From an uncultured virus (IMG/VR IMGVR_UViG_3300008255_004085) (taxonomy: Duplodnaviria > Heunggongvirae > Uroviricota > Caudoviricetes), in the IMG/VR virus record IMGVR_UViG_3300008255_004085: a DNA stretch of 64,000 nt. One strand, 5' to 3'. The position numbers were made by a program, and so were the translations under genes. Below are positions 20,901-30,100 of the stretch, one piece after another. A model generated the notes under the pieces. The model saw only the letters and a program-made list of their open reading frames with translations, was not told where the DNA came from and did no database searches. Position 1 is the first letter of the stretch; each line of letters begins with the position of its first letter.

Positions 20901-21073
20901 TCTCCATCTATCCATGAAACCACATCCCATCCATCAACAATACCTTGCCCAATATACTGATAAATGCCAAGAAGCTCATTGTCAACTATTTCCATATTTA
21001 ATTGATCAATATATGAGTTCCAGACTTCACTATTTTTAAGCCAGTGAAATTTATAGACTAATGTTTCACCCAT
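11906..21073 (-). CDS. Giant (3055 aa) putative virion/baseplate-associated protein with FN3-like, Asp-box beta-propeller and VWA domains
   Basis: Asp boxes SEDEGETW and SDDLGESW; GTxxG propeller repeats; VWA motifs VVDATGS and VATDG; no signal peptide. Confidence 0.7.
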   Translation of the reverse strand: MGETLVYKFHWLKNSEVWNSYIDQLNMEIVDNELLGIYQYIGQGIVDGWDVVSWIDGEYSETNEDLIISKGLSPITQSEIDNLSNTTKNSLNNLNYKMIIKTTEGDGIVGVWAGFTTSDCYYAFPQDASNHTYYVWSVPTDALPEPLKHKAQILINEDSSYDEDNIAVYLATVTVIYNSTTKQQYISAISVEEDRRIELYQLKGLAVQEIKDLFLKHVHDGVSSPKIVLSTKGFEEIIERESTIKSPIYIFDPIELKQSLDYGPEILSIETISTGGSLTTGRWYYAISFVIFENGEEKESLIGDKSFIDIGTEEQAVIKWEKVSGATSYNIYRSEESDSDGSALYQLANRLTLTKFEDDGQDLITPLIQPQNSFEQEIQTNDFSFDKTITYYTGDETFTVNEDGSVESLSYQIPGIFESNQALGANRDIKDILAQQDYYKAEVLLNGETLNPNDYKLSLRINSYGYIELKNNIKSDDKLEIVLHINPTQTQVSGSLSKNRISFLNAESIRYGTIPKRFIKAPNHYGNQRIKEIASLEPYSNMRTQDYLKYTIQDPNAQIQYDDEIIFVGRVINADSSLGVPVGDSNSTDVTDSEYYSFVSSTNTLKESIGGNDKYLVGARNGNYLTENFQFFEKIENLSEDEGIVVAAIDNLVLGSSGGFNRYFETYVLLNTGKVLYSNDNLITWNELRLPYTNFIATAFSVRTGKFYYETPESTIDSYWRQFYVAGYSTGENSVRGLWSGKLDEPLPLTSIPWSKNSVYDEKIVYDIKQLATESFSETSSTYKLAYPETVFIATNSGLYVSHVLKSPYESGSPVAISPKKIYLINQEHVHEDDKSNLPFDEQFGMLNNVIFLTDDAIYTTHSAEYYETTQEGSNGRGWNHPLTKTISRPYKIADIDDFDGDFFTAIGESYRFLMTGTDENIWYGLERLKGAGEENEDLSFLINVSGYNSTSLISFHVEVESGVSYSDLSFQIYVDSAVGAQAILEKSDEDYSKYFGWELTSWNKTKFGEFANNPYSFSIVSGIDQYGYGPPQKEAGIGRTGPLSGKSYEEEQSDKYIDFDWQTSSTNVIFQFANGVSLTATNTTAKTGSGTGSFEIETKIFWIDTLSYRILITKTNDSIVSTEFERYLSQNNSFPSNQNPASATALSIDSFGDSTDNEKSIITPNVVISPNLIIGSKHGIWYSKGTDGSSIQRTYDFWNKAVEPNVYLNDEIVDDSLYTINQVDQSVTFLASQNIYNKIMIEKDFREYFLVNGTWEQTDADILVYVNNKPTSVQWTAFPDNGMIRFDQRLTRDDFVNLSLISKGAYLTNVGTTPHEEIGQGYVENDDYTSRLSQALNATSNIIQINAATFPTTTRFISISGEIISVEIRDISPTTRTVTSFRILQPRSSSVEYAIGTVVKLVEIKSILGIQDYLSMDTSFGIPYNFHSLITSNHMRLTGTLREIYPEITGDETLIAQGLNSDTTIVEGHINSYYHDFDLDNLDDLNTFDTLFDGIETSENDNPVESIHVYCSYRGRLIGEIGEFNQTNSIVGTNKGIWKKRSGGYWDRVSSCDDCTRVYFIKPLRGNVWAGTDNGIWISEDEGETWSQSSTFYQNVFQAETGQINWQPFKTNSNSSGIELTRDIKTISYSDGGWTTSESTESIGNDSSQPTSKYFEAFLKSDGLSFVLYLENVDGTGDFNSDHLANSDGYDLRFLANYEQISDGLRYQSQILTGGENGLYSLENLEGIETTDDFISDLRIDSVGEDRPYFYGPRVKINSSGSEENILEQLIFYDFFLNPRLPHFDLDENSVHDRFGNIDMLILTNDGIKISRDWMFAGNAGASEAGISWYKEPLKGEGYTCFSHICISDPDTSNDYDSWKHFRIFVGTNKGIVWSLNGYEWMPLNKFPDGTAAVYNFEYTDEILYAFTSKGVYFSDDLGESWQVSSEFNFSNYYYLANDLKLSQTFKPISEDITKISVFLNRRKDLNLFNETEEYTYEYQTTVTLSLFATDVNGAPTGSALQVSTTELTADLVNEGRWYTFELERTLNTNNYYAIVLEEENNSFDTRGFVSWGISSTYEQGKSFEYSDEWSELFNEDHNFFFIIHYDAETNYKISEYSVDYDKTKANNIAVTTLNNLVLDLRFVFSFVVDATGSMVWQDSLAPLNDIYGSYDDDLRIEKLLDLMEKLLARSRWSYVDLWHFDTRLRHTLTDGLTRDISTIEAAIRQIISSGTDSEVWSGSSLAAGNAFYEGVKDALIRDDDYDFAIYYMDAMKRLNTAELQAIDSRYDGNASTLLLDEFVNLRDYVINDFIYSYAKSIFVATDGFDSVDDGSSWRDLALTVSGFQETGNSPLFMFGLGDCNNQTEMIAACEETSGSYFNILNNLDKWDDAFDEILNGEFYIWNGLYEDEIDFDGEINFVQWIKCPAIVPSTSSVKFEIRTTKDFNIWSDWLEIPVNQEYLLKRFVTMIEYRITLTQGDTVSGDPEYFSDYYYDNYSYEGIEDTNYPSPIIGAISYGIVSPSRQYYFTETLDSNGKILEYLLTHNFSFSELSVVNFYVARGDTLDRNLYNKTIVNKKDVFNIRESSIYFVPESSMTYEMTDIGNAFLFAAFPEGGGADERITWSNTDDDVSVFVDNQLINIETTPYRTDGTAGIVEFLSAVSDGSVVSLQISTAAASSTKKGEITIKLNNTTFQAINGAWPHDATTIVYRNSIPIFSGFILIPEDGLIIFDDYILDTEDIKIAIFSSDNYRIMLEIVNYSDVLVVLNNFSFMYSTTSIENSDLDILTNSTPPVVSDDVELVTSDYYGIETEYFNNSTINNQKIMTRHGIPYVKYSFSHEEDLEESDSEIRWYRKRKNESVFSEVESYRDFVVKKISDEIEDYSPSASGVWTDGDTWKVSVKPKTQNADGLVYTSNEIVVGKVYNKQIVKFVNTPPVIYGLEIVTEDTSSLNTFYPTDPTNFSAVKRLDLRYSTELYTYYSIPATSTDVLFIKFNIYDPEEDDEIILNNSIVTWYLNGNSTPSYDSSKSLLPTNGKWSMPKLESNAGNVTWYCEIIPFDGINYGMPIKSYSIFAQE

Positions 21074-21086
21074 GATTCCCCTTTAA

Positions 21087-24000
21087 TTATTCTATCATAT
21101 TAACAGAATTGGTTCCGCTATCAAAAGTCAATCCCCATTCATGAACAATTGCAACCTCATCAGGTGTGGAAACCAACATAATACCAACTCTAAATTCAGT
21201 ATCTTGATTATTCATTTCAAATCTTTTATTTGGTTCAATTATTTGGTAGTCTTGCCAAGATGTAGAATCTGTTTCTGTCGTTATTCCAAATTCTATTTTA
21301 CCACCATTGGGGATTGATCCATTATAAGTTAATAGACCTCTTCTGATTTTTACATTTGAGTAATCTTCTATTCCTTGACTGTCTGCTAATGCTGAAAGAT
21401 CAAAAATATTAGAATAAAAATAAGAAGCATTTGTTGTTATGTACCGAAGAATAATAGAATAAACTTGCGGTGTTGTGTTTTCAACAGATGTTTTTAAAAT
21501 AATTCTAAATTGAATCCATTTACCCTTTAATGTGGAAATATCAACAAAATCAGAAACATATCCAGAGGAATTATATTCATATTCATAGCTATAATCATAT
21601 TGATCGTAGTATTCATCACCAGAAGCATTTTCTTCTGTTGCAAAAAGAATCCAATCTGTTAATTCTAAATCAGAAAGTGTATCTGCTGTTCGAACATAAA
21701 GATCAAAAGTGTTTCCATTGTTCAACCAACAAAGATATTGAATTTTATCCCATTTAGAAAGTGTCTCTGCATAAAATGGTTCAGAAACATAAGTCCCAGA
21801 TTCATAAAGGTTTTTTTCAGGTGAAACAATTTTTAATGGTGAAGCTAATTCACTTTCATACACATCCAAAAGCTCACCCTCTTCATCAATTTCTAATAAC
21901 GATTTCTCATAAAGGAGATTTAAATAAATATCATCATATTTTGTATCACTTTCATTCCCAAGTGTATCTTTTGATTTTAAGTAAATTCTTTTAGTCCCAG
22001 AAGTTATAACAGATCCAATAAATTTATAAACTTTTGATGTTCCAGTTAAATCTGCTCTAGACGAAATCAAAACAGTTGCATTATACTCATTTATTTGATC
22101 GATTAAATTCATTTGAGATGGACCGCTCATTGTGATCATAGCACTTTGATTATAAACATAAATTCTTCCATTATCTGTCCCGAACCACAATTGAGAATCG
22201 CTTGTTGAAGGGGCTCTAACACCACCTGTATTAGTCCCAATATCTGTAAAATCCAAAAGATTTGTGTCGCTATTTAAATAACTATCTTCTGTAATCCCTG
22301 ATTTTAATCTTCGAAGAAATAATTCACTTTGATCGTTTCTAATAGTCCTATAAATATTAAAACTTTTTGCATCTACCACTCTTGACCAAGATAATTTAAC
22401 AGATCCGTTGCCATCTGAAAATATATCGACATCTGCAACAGGACCGATTAAACTTTCCACATCGTCATAATTAATATAAGAAATTGCATATAAATAATTC
22501 CCACCATAAAGAGACCCAGAAGCATTTACATCTTCATAAATATCTGCAATTGGAGGACCTATTTTAACAAAATCTAATGAGCTTGTGATGTTATCAGCAG
22601 AAACATTTTGAAAAATATCCCATGAAGAATCTTGAAGTTTATAAACAGTCCCTCTATCACCATAAAAATATGGATCACCATCAGCAGTGTAAACTATTGA
22701 CCCTTTCCAGGTCGTTAACTTCGTGTTTATCTGAGATGAATAAGTTGTCCCATCATGTTTGAAAATTCTACCAGATGGTCCTGTTCCAATGTAAAGATAG
22801 ATTCCATCAACAGAAAGCGTTTCAATGCTTTGATCTGAAAATATTTTGATACTTTCAATTTCATTAGTAGTTGGGTCATAAATATAAAGTCTAAAATAAT
22901 CAGTTCCAAAATAAATTTTGTCGTCAAAAGAGGCGATACTTAAAACGCCTTCATACAAAGTCTCATCGCCTGAAAAGGTTAAAGTTAACAATGGTGTGGT
23001 TGACCAACTTAATCCATTTGATGATCTATAAATATTCCCAGAATTAGAACCAGCATAAATATAATCACCATCAAAAAATAGAGTATTTATTTTCTCACCA
23101 AGATCTGCAACTAAATTGAATGATGTTGAATCTTCATTTGAAGCAAGACTTAGATAATAAATCTCTCCTTCATCAGTTGCAAAGAGAATCGCCGTATCAA
23201 TTTTTACTTGTGCTGTAATTATTTTTCCAGAATCCCAAAGAAGTTCCCAATTCAAAGTTTCTTCAATTAATTCCCAATCAATATAAACAACACCATCGGT
23301 AGTCGTTATCCACCCGTTAGCATCTGCATCTGTTCTTGTCGCAGCATCTCTAAAATCTGAATATCCACTTATTTTATATGCTTCTGTCCCTGCTCCTTGA
23401 TCAACATTCGAAAGGGCTAATTCAACACTTGGACTATTTGTTTCATAATCACCACGATGATAGATTCTAATTGCATAAGTCGGTTGGGCAGTATCCCATT
23501 CAAAAGAATATTCTTTCCTTTCACCAGGAATCGAAGTATCGCTTTTTAAAATTTGCCATTTCCCACCGTCCCAAGCTTCTACTGTATAGCTTTTTCTAAC
23601 ATCAGATTCTGTAACCCATTTTATCTTTTTTAAATAAAGAGCTTGATCAAAATTTCCACCAAAATCATGAAGAATAAATCTAACTCCATCTTTTCCTATT
23701 GTTGTGTATGTTGTTAAATCACCATCCATGACCTCTGTGGCCTCACCTATAACTTCGTTAATCGGAGAACATTTAACAATCAAACCTCCTGTGTAATTAT
23801 CTGCTGCGATAAAAGGAGACATCAAGGTATCAAAGTTCCCATCTTGTGATCCTGTAGCCGAGTTGTTCAAAGCCCACACAAAATCATCAAGTGTTGTATC
23901 AGTTGATTCATTTAGATTGAGATAAGTAAATGAAGCACTTAATTTACTAGATTGATAGTTTAAATAATATTCAATTGAAAATTGATCTCCGACATTTGGC

Positions 24001-24152
24001 TCTGTTGTTGATGAGCCAGATGTTAAATAAATAGAATCATAAATATTAAGAATATCTTGTGTTAATACAACTCGAACAGCATCCCAAGTTGATGTGCTTG
24101 TATATTTGTGTCCGAATAATATTTCGACCCCTAGAAAATCTTCTTTTGCCAT
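21087..24152 (-). CDS. Large (1021 aa) putative structural protein: discoidin-like, beta-propeller, FN3-like and Ig-like modules
   Basis: EVMDGDLTTY...YTVEAWDGGKW...IRI; IYAGSNSGNIYRSSNGLSW and YIGTGPSGRIF repeats; SWSRVVDAKSFNIYR. Confidence 0.65.
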   Translation of the reverse strand: MAKEDFLGVEILFGHKYTSTSTWDAVRVVLTQDILNIYDSIYLTSGSSTTEPNVGDQFSIEYYLNYQSSKLSASFTYLNLNESTDTTLDDFVWALNNSATGSQDGNFDTLMSPFIAADNYTGGLIVKCSPINEVIGEATEVMDGDLTTYTTIGKDGVRFILHDFGGNFDQALYLKKIKWVTESDVRKSYTVEAWDGGKWQILKSDTSIPGERKEYSFEWDTAQPTYAIRIYHRGDYETNSPSVELALSNVDQGAGTEAYKISGYSDFRDAATRTDADANGWITTTDGVVYIDWELIEETLNWELLWDSGKIITAQVKIDTAILFATDEGEIYYLSLASNEDSTSFNLVADLGEKINTLFFDGDYIYAGSNSGNIYRSSNGLSWSTTPLLTLTFSGDETLYEGVLSIASFDDKIYFGTDYFRLYIYDPTTNEIESIKIFSDQSIETLSVDGIYLYIGTGPSGRIFKHDGTTYSSQINTKLTTWKGSIVYTADGDPYFYGDRGTVYKLQDSSWDIFQNVSADNITSSLDFVKIGPPIADIYEDVNASGSLYGGNYLYAISYINYDDVESLIGPVADVDIFSDGNGSVKLSWSRVVDAKSFNIYRTIRNDQSELFLRRLKSGITEDSYLNSDTNLLDFTDIGTNTGGVRAPSTSDSQLWFGTDNGRIYVYNQSAMITMSGPSQMNLIDQINEYNATVLISSRADLTGTSKVYKFIGSVITSGTKRIYLKSKDTLGNESDTKYDDIYLNLLYEKSLLEIDEEGELLDVYESELASPLKIVSPEKNLYESGTYVSEPFYAETLSKWDKIQYLCWLNNGNTFDLYVRTADTLSDLELTDWILFATEENASGDEYYDQYDYSYEYEYNSSGYVSDFVDISTLKGKWIQFRIILKTSVENTTPQVYSIILRYITTNASYFYSNIFDLSALADSQGIEDYSNVKIRRGLLTYNGSIPNGGKIEFGITTETDSTSWQDYQIIEPNKRFEMNNQDTEFRVGIMLVSTPDEVAIVHEWGLTFDSGTNSVNMIE

Positions 24153-24164
24153 TCTTGTTCTCCA

Positions 24165-27100
24165 TTAACTTTCGACACTATCTTCTGTTCTCTCAACATA
24201 TGCCTCAAATGAAAGAATTTTAATTCCACCTGCGTTCTCGTTTGGTTTGATAACTATTTCTGTTTCTGGTGATTTAGTATCTTTTATAATTTCATCAAAA
24301 GCATGTGTTATTCTTCTATTGTAAATATTTCCAGATGAAGAAAGTTCAGATTTTGTTGTGGATGATGCTTCAGCAATTAAATCTAATTTTGTATGATTTA
24401 TAACATCTGATGAAATTTCAGTCCCTGAATAAAGAATGTTATCCCAAACAACTGTTGAAAATACCTGAACCACCTCTTCTTCGTAAATCCCATCAATTGA
24501 AGAATCTGAAGAGCCCCATTCAACAGCATCTTCAGAAGAAAGTATATAACTTTTTGGATTTAGGTCTAGAACAGAATCTGTTGTCTTTTCAACAGAAAGT
24601 GGATTAACTATTGCAATTAGAGAATCTCTAAGAATTTTTAGCGATTTAACTTCTTTTCCACCAGCAAAAACATTCATTAAATTCCAATTTATTATTTGTT
24701 CTTCTTTTGGTGTCAAAGCCCCTCCGGTATAAACCTTAAAACTTTGCCAATCAAAATCACTATCATCTTGTTCTTGATAAATCTTTCCAAATGTTATTTG
24801 TTTATCATTTGTTGTATTTTCAAGCCAAGCATTTTTGTGAATGATCGGTGTGTTATTCCCATTCAAATAAACATCAACATCATCATCAACAACACTTATT
24901 CGATAAGTATTTAAATCAGATGTTGAGAAAACAGTTTGAGTCTTCTCACGAATTATTATATATTCAATTTCAAATTCAGAATCTATTGTCGGTTCAACTA
25001 AAATGCGAAGAGTGTCAAGACTCCCAATCCACCCAGGAGAAATGTCAAAAGTCTTCCAGATGTTGTTGTTCGGGACAGAGAACATATATGTTTTCTCTTT
25101 GATTAAAGCATTTGTTGAAACTTTCTTCCACTGCAAATAGAATTTAGCGGAATCTAACGAGAAGTTGCTTGCTCTAATTTTCATTAAAACTCTTGTATCT
25201 TCATCTGCTGTGATCCCCAATGAAGTCATTTCAAAGTATGGATATTGACCATCATCTAGTGTGTCAACTTTTAATTTAATGCCATCTGTTTCAGAAGTGT
25301 CAGTTAATAAATTATAAAAATCAACATTAGCTGTCCCACCAGAGAAAATTCCAGTAAAAGCATCGTTGTCAACTTTGACTCCAGTTTCTACAGACCCACT
25401 TGTTGCAGTAAAAGATTTATTCCCATTTTTAAGAACCAACTCATCATCTCCAATAGATAATTCTAATTGGTAATCACCATCAAAAACTCTAACACCTTGA
25501 GTTCCATTCCCTGAATTCCATCTTGAAACAAACTCAAATGACCAACCTGTTGAATTGTTTAAATTATTCATAAGATCAGAATTGTTAATAGAATTTTGAG
25601 TAAATTGAATATATTTCCCACGATCTCCTAAAATATTTAACAAATAATTAGAGTTTTCAAGAGAGGTTGAGACAAAAGCAGACAAACCCGGATTTGTTCT
25701 ACCAGGAGATTCGTAATATTCCCATGGATAAACTTCTTTAAGAAAATCTTCACTAATCTCAGTTATATGTTCCCATTCACTTTCGGTCGGTTGATCGACT
25801 GTTGTTGCTTCATAAACAAAAACTGTTGCAGCATCCGTTCCAGCAAAAAGTCTATTCCCAAAAGATTTTAATGAATAAACTCTTGTCCCAGAAAGTGCTG
25901 ATGAAATTTCTGAAAGTTTAAACATTTCAACCGTTTCGGTGATTGATAAATCACTTTCATCTAATTCTCTTTGATAACTAAAAATAATACTATTTTCACC
26001 AGTCCCAATGAACAAACTTTCATTGTAACCTTCAATTGAAAGGACATTTGTTTGATCACTAAAATTAGTTGTAAAAGATCCAACTGTTTCAGAAAAAGTA
26101 TTTATTTCAGAAATTGATTTCCAGCTATAATCGTCGATAGCGTTATTTCCACCATACCTCCAAACTCTTGCTTGTTTCCAAGAGCCGACATACAAGAACG
26201 GTCTTGTCTCATGTGCGAATTGATAAGTATTCATAGCGCCAACCGGGAGTGTTGTTGAACCTCCGTCGGTTGTTGTTAGAGTGAAGCTTAATCTCATTTT
26301 TATGCCGTTGTAAACATAAATGTTCCCACTTTCGAAACCTATGTACAAATTTTCACCATAATTTTTCATTGAGGTGCAAAGGCGTTCACCTTCTGACGAA
26401 AATTCATAAATCATTGAGGTAACAGAACCGTTGAAACGATAAAGTCTACAGACTTCCTCACGAGTATCCATTGTTACAACATCTGTTGAAACCAATGGAG
26501 TAACAAAGATAATTAAATTATTATTTTCATTTCTTGTGTAATCAACATCTTCTGTTTGTGCAATAGAATTAACTTTAACAGTTAGTTCTTCATTAGAATT
26601 AATTGTTTGATTGACGCTGCTGCTGTTCTTAAATCTAAAAGCAGAAAGTGCAGCGTAGCTACCGAAATCAAGTGTTTCTCCGGTTAATCCAGTTCTTGTT
26701 TTGATCGCAGTTGTTGCAAAATATAGACTTTCTTTACCAAAAATCTTGAATTTATCTAAAGCTGTTGAAATTTCTGTTGTTTGATCTCTTAATGCATGAA
26801 CAATTATAGATTGATCTGCATTATCTGCAAAATCTCTAAATTGAACAACAATTGTTTTCAATCCATCATCAAGACCAAGATCTTGAACAAAGTTAGGAGT
26901 GTAAGGCATCCAGCTTGACCAAACAAGTTGTCCAGCGCCATCTGATTCAAAGTCTAAATTGTATCTAAAATCTTTGATATCACTAACTTCATCATAAGCA
27001 TAGATTGAAACATCAGCGTTTCTTTCGCTGGTAATCTCGGATTCGTTTGGATCTGTTTCAAGTGTAGCGTCGCCTTCAATTCTAACTCTAGTTGTGCTTG

Positions 27101-30100
27101 GTGGTTCTGTGTCAAGCAAGAATCCATAATCAAGATCTACTAAAATCTTTTCACTTTGAGAAATATTCCCTGTGAAATCTTCAATTTGAACAAAAATTTC
27201 TTTTGAGCCAAGGAAATTGCCAGTGTAATTCCAGACAAATGAAATTTCCCCATCTGCGTCATTGTCAACCCACTTGTTCCATTTGCTAAATTTTTGAAGA
27301 CCAAAATCATCTTCATACCCAACTCTAAATCTTCTAATCCCAGAACCAGTTGTCCCAGAAATACTATCTTGTGCTTTAATGATTAAAATCTTTTTCCTAG
27401 AGATTCCGACACTTGTTTCGTCTACTTCTATTTCAGGTGGACTTGATGAACTTAATTCAAATGGTGCAACAACATCAACTTCATAAAGATCTGAAAGGTC
27501 AGAAATCTCTGATTGAAGTCGTTGATTGTCATAAGTAGAAGATTGAAGAGCATAAATTTCTGAATGAACCTCATTTCTTATGTTGTAATAACAATTCTTA
27601 AAAATCTTAAACCAAATATTTGATCCTTGATCAACCCATTCAGATCCAGCAACACTCCAAAGAAGACTTGTGTCGTCCGAAAGATGTCTTAATGTAGAAT
27701 AAACACTTGAACTTGAAGCATAAACTTGGGCTGTTGAAAGGCTTGCTTTATCTGTTGAATAAGAATAAGTATCGACATAATCATCATAAATTGATGATGT
27801 GTAAGCATTAGAAATTTCTGGATGAGACAAAACTAACCAATATTTTGTATCTTTTGAAAGAGTGACATAATTTTCAAAAACAAAATGAAGATATTCGCTA
27901 TCATTCACTTCGTCAGAGTAAGCTATTCCAAGAATTTCATACCCATTGGAATCTGTATCAAAAATTCTGATGTCTGTGTTAGGTCTATCTCCTGTCTCTT
28001 GTGAGGTTGAGTTGATGGGAATGTTCTTCCCTGTCCCGACATCAGGTTCATCTGAACTATCCTCAACAATGATTAATCTCCATTTTGAAAAATTACTATT
28101 TATAACTTTTTTCAAATCAATTAGTTTGATATCAACTGTCGAGGAAGATTCTAAATCATCTGATTCAAACGGCAGGGCATCATCTGATGGAACAACAAAA
28201 GATTGAGCAAGATGTGGGTATTCTCCTGTTAATTGAATTAAATTAGAATAATTCTCATATTGCCCACAAACAAATTGATTTCCATAAATCAAATCATCAT
28301 CCTGAAGAGCACCATCCTGTTTGATGAAATAACTAACAGTTTCTGGCCTCAACGGTACAAGATTTGAGGTATCAGCAGATGAAATTTTAACAGTCCCAAT
28401 TTTAGTTTTAAAAATTCCGGTGTCATATTTCTCACGCACACCAACATGTGGATAAAGATATTCGAAAATATCATCCACATTCATTGTTTCACAATAAACT
28501 TTTATAATCTCTCTTTTAGCTGTGCCAACACCTTGATAAACAACCATCACATCGAAGTTTCCAGAAGAGGTTATTGCAGAAAAAGTTCCATCGGCTGCAT
28601 TGAAAGCATTGGAAACTGTGCTACTTGAAACTCTAGATGTTTCGACTGTGATCTTTCCACTAGAAAGAAGATCAACCATCAACCCTGTGTCGTTTTCTTC
28701 CCAATCGTGGGCACTAACTCCATCCCATCCCGAGTTATAAGCGACAAAAATTTTGCCTTCATTAGAGATAAAAACTTGCATAAACTTTCTATTTGTAGCA
28801 GTTATCGGAGAAGCCGTTGTCCTTGAAAAATTCCCAGATAAACTTGCAAATGGTAACATGATGTTATATGTTTCTGCTGTCGTGTCCTGGGCTATTTTTT
28901 GACCTTTGTTTCCAACATATCCATCAACAAAATATTTATTCCCTGTGTTCTCAAAACCACCAAAGCAAAATGCGGTTGAAACTAATTTCTGATCATAATA
29001 TCCAGCAAATTTATTTCCAGAAACATTTCCTTTAGCATCATGTCGAGAAAGTTTCCAATAGTTTTCTGTTGGTTCATAAACATCAGATTCTTCTAATGGA
29101 TTATAAATAATTTCTTCTTGTTCACCGGAGTTGTAACAACGATAAGTAGGTTTGAAGTTTGACAATCCTATGTAAACCTGAAGATTTCCAGCAATTGCTT
29201 GGTCATTAAGAGCATAATCAAACGAGAATGTTTGATCAGCGCTTTGGATACTGTCAACATTTAGCGGATCGCTTTCTCTTAAACCAGATGGTTCTGATGA
29301 ACTTGAGTTGGTGATCCAATTTTTATTTGCGGACCAAGGCGTGAGACCTTCATAGAACTGCCATTCAGAGCAAATCCAATGAGATTGGCTAAAAGCTCGT
29401 GCATTGACCAAAAGATTAATCTCTTGGTTGTCACCAATCCCTGCTGTGCTTAATGGATTCGAGCCAGAATATGATCTTCTATCACCATATGGCGGAGCTT
29501 TATCGTTCCCAACTAATCCAGAACTTGAGGTTATCTCTGTTAATCTTTGAGGTTGCCCTGCTGACCTTAAAACATCAGCGGCGTTGCAAACCACGACACC
29601 GAAACATTTTACATTTTCTGTGTCTTCGACAACTTGATCACAATAATTTATTTCACTTCTACCTAGAGAATAGGACCCTTGTGCAGCAAGCACGAATTTT
29701 TTACAATTTGATCCATCTGTCGCAATCACATAGCTGAATTCATCTTGTGCGTAGTAATCAGTGTCCGAAGCATGAACTGATGTGTCCGACAGATCTGGAT
29801 AATCGACCAATCTTGTTGTTTCGTCCACTCCATTCAACTCATCATAAAGTTCTAATGTTTCACCTACGGTTGTCACAATGTCGCCGATCACCGGCTCTAA
29901 TTTTAGATTAGACAAAGAGAATGTTGAATGATTTCTATCTATATTTTTGACTCTTGAACCGACACAAATGTAAAATCCTCTGTTTGTTGTTGGAAGAATT
30001 TGTTTTTCAAGAAAATCATTAATAACTATTGCTTCAACAACCCCATGAGAATTTCCAGGGTCACATGTGATAACTATTTTTAAGTGTGATTCTCCATCAT

